DNA of 64,000 nucleotides from Nitrospirota bacterium (GTDB lineage Bacteria; Nitrospirota; Thermodesulfovibrionia; UBA6902; DSMQ01): NCBI GenBank assembly GCA_016208855.1, contig JACQXF010000078.1, positions 3,491 to 67,490 of the forward strand, read 5' to 3'. Shown piece by piece: positions 58,479 to 64,000 of this stretch (position 1 is its first letter; each line of letters starts with the position of its first letter). The notes under the pieces were generated by a model. It saw only the letters and a program-made list of their open reading frames with translations, ran no database searches and was not told where the DNA came from. The position numbers and the translations under genes were made by a program.

Positions 58479-59807
58479 ATGAAAAGAGTTGTAATTACAG
58501 GCATGGGAGCTCTCACACCCCTTGGTAACGACCTTGAAACCACATGGAAAAATTTAAAAAAGGGACTCTCAGGCATAAATCACATCTCCAAGTTTGACGC
58601 CTCATGCCTGTCAAGCAAAATCGCAGGAGAGCTTAAAGGCTTCTCGCCTGAAAACTACATGCCTAAGAAAGATATTTTGAGGCTTGACCCTTTTGTGCAT
58701 TATGCCATAGCAGCAGCTATAATGGCAGCAGAAGATGCGGGGCTGATTCAGCAGAGCACAGAGCACAGAATACAGAATACAGAATACAGAATACAGAACA
58801 CAGATAAAAAACTCAAAATTCAAAACTCAAAACTCAAAACTCCGTTTGTCACTCGTCACTCGTCACTTGAGAAAGCAGGCGTTATCATCGGCTCAAGCAG
58901 GGGAGGAATTTCAACGATTGAAAGGGAACTTTTAAAACTCAAAATTCAAAACTCAAAACTCTCATCTTATCTTATGCCCTCAACAACGATTGGCATGGCT
59001 TCATCGTATATATCCATGAGGCTTGCAATAAAAGGCCCCACTATCGGCATATCCACAGCCTGCGCTTCAGGGGCAAATGCCATCGGAGAGGCCTTTAAAC
59101 TTATCCGTTACGGAGAGGCTCAGGTAGCGCTTGCCGGCGGCTCAGAGGCGCCTGTATGCAGGCTGTCAGTAGGAGGATACGGGGCATCAGGCGCACTTTC
59201 AAGGAGGAACAGCGAGCCTGAGAAAGCAAGCAGGCCATTTGATAAAGACAGAGACGGCTTTGCAATATCCGAGGGTGCAGGCGTTGTCGTACTTGAAGAG
59301 CTCAATCATGCCCTGAGACGAAATGCAAGGATTTATGCTGAAATTTCAGGTTACGGAACTTCTTCAGATGCCTTTCATCAGACAAAGCCGCTGAGTGATG
59401 GCGAGGCACTTGCAATAAAAAAGGCGTTAAGCGATGCAAAGGCCTCTAAAGATGACGTGGACTATATCAATGCCCATGCCACAGGGACTGTGCTTGGAGA
59501 TAAGGCAGAGGCAGAGACTATAAAAAAGGTCTTTGGCAAACGAGCCCCCAGGATACCAATAAGCGCAAGCAAATCAATGCTTGGCCATATGCTTGGCGCT
59601 GCAGGGGCAGTAGAGGCTATAATCACAGCCCTCTCTATAAACAAAGGGGTTATAACACCAACGATAAATCTTGATTGCCCTGACATAGTTTTTAACCCTG
59701 CCTGCTTCCGTAAACCTACAAAGGCTGATATTAATACAGCTATCTCAAACTCCTTCGGCTTCGGCGGCGTTAATGCGGTATTGGTGATAAAAAAATTTCG
59801 ATCTTGA
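58479..59807 (+). CDS. fabF: 3-oxoacyl-ACP synthase II (KAS II) with in-frame tandem-repeat segments
   Basis: Active-site ATACASG, the HATGT and SKSMLGHMLGAAG motifs (Cys-His-His triad). 58751-58869 and 58930-58959 are heptamer tandem repeats replacing or expanding the segment between AEDAGL and GVIIGS and the GPRRxSPF loop. Confidence 0.85.
   Translation: MKRVVITGMGALTPLGNDLETTWKNLKKGLSGINHISKFDASCLSSKIAGELKGFSPENYMPKKDILRLDPFVHYAIAAAIMAAEDAGLIQQSTEHRIQNTEYRIQNTDKKLKIQNSKLKTPFVTRHSSLEKAGVIIGSSRGGISTIERELLKLKIQNSKLSSYLMPSTTIGMASSYISMRLAIKGPTIGISTACASGANAIGEAFKLIRYGEAQVALAGGSEAPVCRLSVGGYGASGALSRRNSEPEKASRPFDKDRDGFAISEGAGVVVLEELNHALRRNARIYAEISGYGTSSDAFHQTKPLSDGEALAIKKALSDAKASKDDVDYINAHATGTVLGDKAEAETIKKVFGKRAPRIPISASKSMLGHMLGAAGAVEAIITALSINKGVITPTINLDCPDIVFNPACFRKPTKADINTAISNSFGFGGVNAVLVIKKFRS
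58751..58869 (+). repeat. In-frame heptamer tandem repeats inside fabF (cagaata x~6, aaaactc x~5, actcgtc x3)
   Basis: cagagcacagagcacagaatacagaatacagaatacagaatacagaacacag, then aaaaactcaaaattcaaaactcaaaactcaaaactc, then gtcactcgtcactcgtcacttg. Confidence 0.85.
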
Positions 59808-59889
59808 TAATATATTTATAAAATTTTTTAATTTGACCAGAGACAGACTCCTGTATTAACTTTTATGTCTTAATAGAACAAACCTGAGC

Positions 59890-59925
59890 CTTGCCAGTTG
59901 TTCTAAATTTAACAGTTTGTGCTAT
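59890..59925 (+). promoter_or_regulatory. Putative sigma70 promoter of dsrC (extended -10 TGcTATAAT)
   Basis: tttgtgcTATAATac at 59912-59926, followed by an AGGAGGA RBS and the dsrC ATG at 59967. Confidence 0.35.
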
Positions 59926-59966
59926 AATACAACGCAAAAATCTAAGTAACAGGAGGAGATGTTTAA

Positions 59967-60302
59967 ATGCCTACAATTGAATGCGACGGGAAAACATACG
60001 ATGTAGACGAGGAAGGTTATCTGCAGGACTGGCAGATCTGGAGTGAGGCAGTAGCCGGATACATGGCAAAGCAGGACGGATTGGAGCTTTCAGAGGCGCA
60101 CTGGGAAGTCATAAGATTCCTCAGAGACTATTTCCAGAAATATCAGATAGCCCCTATGATAAAGATCCTTGTAAAGGAAATCGCAAAGACCATGGGCACT
60201 GAGAAAGGTAATACAAAATACCTTTATGAGCTTTATCCGGCAGGCCCGGCAAAACAGGCTTGCAGATATGCAGGACTTCCAAAGCCAACAGGCTGCGTAT
60301 AA
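59967..60302 (+). CDS. dsrC: DsrC, dissimilatory sulfite reductase gamma subunit / TusE family
   Basis: C-terminal arm ...QACRYAGLPKPTGCV with both conserved Cys, 111 aa. Confidence 0.85.
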   Translation: MPTIECDGKTYDVDEEGYLQDWQIWSEAVAGYMAKQDGLELSEAHWEVIRFLRDYFQKYQIAPMIKILVKEIAKTMGTEKGNTKYLYELYPAGPAKQACRYAGLPKPTGCV

Positions 60303-60344
60303 GCTCTGCGTCTACGACAAGAAATAAGTTTAAAAATTTAAAAA

Positions 60345-60385
60345 TTAAGCGGCTCTATATCTATTATCAGGCCGCTTAATTTTTC
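60345..60385 (+). terminator. Rho-independent terminator after dsrC
   Basis: 9-bp stem ttaagcggc / gccgcttaa with a 17-nt loop, followed by TTTTT. Confidence 0.6.
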
Positions 60386-60491
60386 CTAAAAACTTTGCTA
60401 TAATAAAACCCTCTGTTACAGGGGGAACTTCTTTTCCCTCTGAAGACTGGCAAGAAGACAGTTGTTTAAGAATTAATCTTAAAGAAAATTA

Positions 60492-61010
60492 ATGGCTCTA
60501 AACAATCTTCTTAAAGAAAAAGAGGCTGTTATCCTTAAGAGGTGGTTCGATGCAATACTCGAGACCTATGCTCCTGAGACAGCAAACCAGCTAAGACAGG
60601 TGCACGACCCCTTTGCCAACCCTGCAAGTCAATCCATACGCCAGTGCATAGAAGGCATCTTCAGAAAGATTACAGGGCAAATTTTCACTGAGAAGGATTC
60701 CCTCTCCCTTGAGAATATGCTTAAGCTAAGGGCAATTCAGGATATTACCCCTTCACAGGCCGTCTCTTTTGTATTTTTTTTGAAGATGATAATCAGAGAC
60801 GAGCTAAAAAATGAGGCCTATAGCGCAGCGCTTTATAACAAATTATTATCCCTTGAATCTGAAATAGACGAAACAGCGCTTCTATGCTTTGACTTATACG
60901 TAAAACATCGTCAAAAGATTTACGAACTCAAGTCAGAAGAAATAAAGAGGGCAGCCTTTATGCTGCTTAGAAAATCAAACCAACAACCTTGCAGTATGGA
61001 AGAGAGGTGA
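60492..61010 (+). CDS. RsbRD_N-like helical protein upstream of dsrMKJ (possible DsrT-type protein)
   Basis: The N-terminus KEKEAVILKRWFDAILETYAPE resembles the RsbR non-haem-globin N-domain. The position in front of dsrM matches dsrT loci. Confidence 0.35.
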   Translation: MALNNLLKEKEAVILKRWFDAILETYAPETANQLRQVHDPFANPASQSIRQCIEGIFRKITGQIFTEKDSLSLENMLKLRAIQDITPSQAVSFVFFLKMIIRDELKNEAYSAALYNKLLSLESEIDETALLCFDLYVKHRQKIYELKSEEIKRAAFMLLRKSNQQPCSMEER

Positions 61011-61014
61011 ATCA

Positions 61015-62004
61015 GTGGGCGCCTTAATCTCTTTTATTGCAGTTATAATCTTAACCCTTCTTGCTTATGGGGGCGTTAAATCCGCAAACATGCAGGCTAT
61101 CTTTGGGATTGTGCTGCCATATGCTGCTATCATGACATTCCTTATCGGTGTCAGCTATCGCGTCATAAAATGGGCAAAGTCGCCTGTACCTTACAGGATA
61201 ACAACAACCTGCGGCCAGCAGAAAACTCTCCCATGGATAAAACAGAATAAGATTGAAAACCCCTCTGACGCCATGGGCGTAACAGTAAGGATGATTCTTG
61301 AAGTCCTCCTTTTCCGCTCGCTTTTTAGAAATACCCGCAGCGAGCTGCAGGACGGGAAACTGCTTCACGGTTCAAGCAAATGGCTGTGGCTTGGAGGGAT
61401 TGCCTTTCACGCTGCATTCTTTACTGTCCTTTTCAGGCATCTAAGGCTGTTTACCGAGCCTATGCTGCTGCCGCTTCATTTAGTGGAGACCCTTGACGGG
61501 TTTATGCAGATTGGCGCCCCGAGGCTTTTAATGTCAGGCGTGGTATTGCTTGGCGCAGCCATGTTCTTACTTCTTAGAAGATTCCTGATACCGCAGGTGC
61601 GTTATATATCATTGCCTGCTGATTATTTCCCTTTATTCCTAATAATAGGCATAGCTGTCACAGGAATTATGATGCGGTATGTCACAAAAACAGATATAGT
61701 CAGCGTAAAAGAACTGACTATGGGGCTTATCAGCCTTAAACCAAAGATACATCAGGGAGTAGGCGCTATATTTTATATCCACCTCTTTCTTGTAAGCGTT
61801 TTATTTGCTTATTTCCCTTTTAGCAAGCTCGTGCACATGACAGGGGTTTTCCTGAGCCCGACAAGAAACCTTGCCAATAACGGCCGTGAGGTAAGGCATA
61901 TAAATCCATGGAATTACAAAGTAAAGGCGCGCACTTATGAAGAATATGAAGATGAATTCAGGGAGAAGATGAAGTCTGCCAATATCCCTGTGGAAAAGGA
62001 GTAA
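61015..62004 (+). CDS. dsrM: DsrM, NarI-like dihaem b membrane subunit of the DsrMKJOP complex
   Basis: 5-6 TM helices with conserved His pairs, immediately upstream of dsrK. Confidence 0.7.
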   Translation: MGALISFIAVIILTLLAYGGVKSANMQAIFGIVLPYAAIMTFLIGVSYRVIKWAKSPVPYRITTTCGQQKTLPWIKQNKIENPSDAMGVTVRMILEVLLFRSLFRNTRSELQDGKLLHGSSKWLWLGGIAFHAAFFTVLFRHLRLFTEPMLLPLHLVETLDGFMQIGAPRLLMSGVVLLGAAMFLLLRRFLIPQVRYISLPADYFPLFLIIGIAVTGIMMRYVTKTDIVSVKELTMGLISLKPKIHQGVGAIFYIHLFLVSVLFAYFPFSKLVHMTGVFLSPTRNLANNGREVRHINPWNYKVKARTYEEYEDEFREKMKSANIPVEKE

Positions 62005-62006
62005 AG

Positions 62007-63617
62007 ATGCCTCCAAAACTTCCCAAACCAGAGGAGCTCGCAAATGTAAACTATAAGCCCCCAAAAAAGTGGTGGCAGAAGGGCACTGCTGAGATTAAAG
62101 AGGGCTTCTGGTGTTTCGGCTCAAGGCCTAAGTATCTTCAGGCAGTTGACATGCCAAACCCCAGAGAGTGGAAACCAACTGACGAGGACTGGAAGCTGCC
62201 TGATAACTGGAGAGAAATATTCCTTGAAGGAATGGCTGAGAGGCTTCAGAAGTACCGCTCCTTCCATTTATTTATGGACATATGCGTAAGGTGCGGAGCC
62301 TGCGCTGATAAATGTCATTTTTATCTCGGCACCGGCGACCCAAAAAATATGCCTGTACTAAGGGCTGAGCTCCTAAGGTCTGTTTACAGAAAATACTTTA
62401 CCCCATCGGGCAAGCTTCTTGGAAAAATTGCAGGGGCAAGGGAGCTTACCCCGGATGTCCTGAAGGAGATCTGGACTTATGCCTTTCAGTGCACAGAGTG
62501 CCGCAGATGCTCTGTCTTCTGCCCTTACGGCATTGATACTGCAGAGATAACAATAATAGCGAGAGAGCTTCTGAATCTGCTTGGTTTAAATACTGACTGG
62601 ATAATGGGGCCTGTGGCCAACAGCTACAGGACAGGAAACCATCTTGGCCTTGAGCCCCATACAATAAAGAGCAACATTGACTTTATGCTTGATGACATTG
62701 AGACCGTAACAGGCATAAAGGTAGAGCCTTCCTTTAACAGGAAAGGCGCTGAGATACTTTTTGTGACACCTTCCGGAGACCTTTTTGGCGAGCCTGGTAT
62801 TTATACATGCATGGGTTATCTCATGCTCTTTCATGAGCTTGGACTTGACTATACATGGAGCACAATGGCAGCAGAGGGCGGAAACTTCGGATTCTTCACG
62901 TCAAATGATATGGCAAAGAAGCTTGCCTATAAGATCTACTCAGAGGCAAAGAGGCTGAAGGTAAAGTGGATTCTTGGCGGGGAGTGCGGCCACATGTGGA
63001 GGGTATGGAATCAGTACTTTGACACATGGCACGGGCCTGCTGATTTTCTTGAGGCGCCTGTCAGCCCTATAACCGGTACAAGGTTTGAAAACGCAAAAGG
63101 CTCAAAGCTTGTCCATATAGCTGAATTCACGTCAGACCTGATAAGACATAAGAAATTAAGCCTTGATCCGACAAGAAATGACCATCTTCAAGTTACATTC
63201 CACGACTCTTGCAATACTGCGAGGGGCATGGGTATATTTGAAGAGCCGAGATATATCATAAATAACACCTGCAATCACTTCTACGAGATGCCTGAAAACA
63301 CCATAAGGGAAAAGACCTTCTGCTGCGGAAGCGGCTCAGGGCTGAATGCAGGCGAGAATATGGAGCAAAGGATGCGCGGAGGCTTCCCAAGGGCTAATGC
63401 CGTACAGTATGTCAAAGAAAGGCACGGCGTAAATATGCTTGCAAATATCTGCGCTATTGACAGGGCAACGCTTAAGCCTCTGATGGACTACTGGGTTCCG
63501 GGCGTTAATGTGGCCGGTGTCCATGAGCTTCTCGGGAATGCCCTTATAATGAAAGGCGAGAAGGAGCGCGTAATAGACCTTCGCGGAGAACCGCTTCCAG
63601 GGAAGGAGGGCGCCTGA
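62007..63617 (+). CDS. dsrK: DsrK, HdrD-like Fe-S subunit with CCG domains
   Basis: CVRCGACADKCHFY and CTECRRCSVFCPYG [4Fe-4S] motifs, CCG-domain cysteines (FCCGSGSG), 536 aa. Confidence 0.8.
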   Translation: MPPKLPKPEELANVNYKPPKKWWQKGTAEIKEGFWCFGSRPKYLQAVDMPNPREWKPTDEDWKLPDNWREIFLEGMAERLQKYRSFHLFMDICVRCGACADKCHFYLGTGDPKNMPVLRAELLRSVYRKYFTPSGKLLGKIAGARELTPDVLKEIWTYAFQCTECRRCSVFCPYGIDTAEITIIARELLNLLGLNTDWIMGPVANSYRTGNHLGLEPHTIKSNIDFMLDDIETVTGIKVEPSFNRKGAEILFVTPSGDLFGEPGIYTCMGYLMLFHELGLDYTWSTMAAEGGNFGFFTSNDMAKKLAYKIYSEAKRLKVKWILGGECGHMWRVWNQYFDTWHGPADFLEAPVSPITGTRFENAKGSKLVHIAEFTSDLIRHKKLSLDPTRNDHLQVTFHDSCNTARGMGIFEEPRYIINNTCNHFYEMPENTIREKTFCCGSGSGLNAGENMEQRMRGGFPRANAVQYVKERHGVNMLANICAIDRATLKPLMDYWVPGVNVAGVHELLGNALIMKGEKERVIDLRGEPLPGKEGA

Positions 63618-63618
63618 T

Positions 63619-64000
63619 ATGTATGACAGAGGCAAAGTCATTGCCGGCATAATTATATTTTTAGCGCTTGTAACCTTTCCATTCTTCTATAAAACAGGGA
63701 AGGCAAATGTACAGATTGAGCCAAAGATTAATACGCCTGTGATAGAGGGACTTAGCGAAAAAAAATGCGTGGAGTCAAAAGAGTTCATGAGGGCAAACCA
63801 TATGCAGCTTCTTAATGAATGGAGAGACGCTGCTGTAAGGGACGGCCAGAGGACTTACGTGGCATCAGACGGCAAGAGCTATGCCATAAGCCTTCAGAAT
63901 ACATGCATGAACTGCCATTCAAATAAAAAAGAATTCTGCGATACCTGTCATAGCTACACAGGGGTAAAGCCTTATTGCTGGGATTGCCATATTGCACCTA
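63619..64000 (+). CDS. dsrJ: DsrJ, trihaem periplasmic cytochrome c, partial (continues beyond window)
   Basis: TM anchor, then CMNCH, CDTCH, CWDCH. The start overlaps the dsrK stop. Confidence 0.7.
   Translation, partial: MYDRGKVIAGIIIFLALVTFPFFYKTGKANVQIEPKINTPVIEGLSEKKCVESKEFMRANHMQLLNEWRDAAVRDGQRTYVASDGKSYAISLQNTCMNCHSNKKEFCDTCHSYTGVKPYCWDCHIAP

Noticed and set aside
1-64000. CRISPR arrays, rRNA and tRNA genes
   Set aside because: No regularly spaced 25-40-nt direct repeats with unique spacers were found. No tRNA-like cloverleaf signatures (GTTCGAATC-type T-arms with CCA-proximal acceptor stems) and no rRNA-like conserved blocks were recognised. The observed repeats are heptamer microsatellites and MITE-like palindromes instead.

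Overview
The window reads as a chromosomal segment from an anaerobic bacterium of roughly 45% GC that carries dissimilatory sulfur metabolism: dsrC and dsrMKJ lie at the 3' end. Gene content resembles Nitrospirota (Thermodesulfovibrio-like) or deltaproteobacterial sulfate reducers; this is inference from content, not a database match. Main blocks, in order:

- (i) 1-6.6 kb: a Crp/Fnr-regulated minus-strand operon for a Rieske/cytochrome b complex. It carries a hexaheme cytochrome c, a monoheme cytochrome c and a GltD/NfnB-like NAD(P)H:FAD/Fe-S subunit.
- (ii) 6.7-14.7 kb: an island of five COG1373 (AAA_14/DUF4143) ATPase paralogs, one truncated, with a truncated HTH/WYL regulator, a 138-bp inverted-repeat twin-hairpin element and a vapBC pair.
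- (iii) Housekeeping genes hisGCB, an HDOD protein plus a GAF-GGDEF cyclase, an M48/TPR peptidase, a DUF296-amidase-GerMN-rph operon, purH, purD and ADP-forming acetyl-CoA synthetase.
- (iv) 24-32.4 kb: a minus-strand cluster of SDR, secreted TPR-like protein, radical SAM, AMP-ligase and an overlapping putative N-acyltransferase, followed by a sigma54 response regulator and histidine kinase.
- (v) hicBA and DUF4258/YgiT toxin-antitoxin cassettes, an acyl-CoA synthetase, porGD-porA-porB, parAB, and chemoreceptors (one with a CZB domain, one truncated by a decayed IS1182 transposase).
- (vi) glmM-cdaR with a disrupted cdaA, cysK, a PilZ protein, and fabF.

Superimposed on this are unusual repeats. 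A MITE-like family with G-rich palindromes is present in at least five intergenic copies, and a second hairpin family is present. Short heptamer-based tandem repeats sit in-frame inside conserved genes (fabF, hisC, acd), including an identical 19-mer shared by hisC and fabF. No CRISPR arrays, rRNA or tRNA were recognised.
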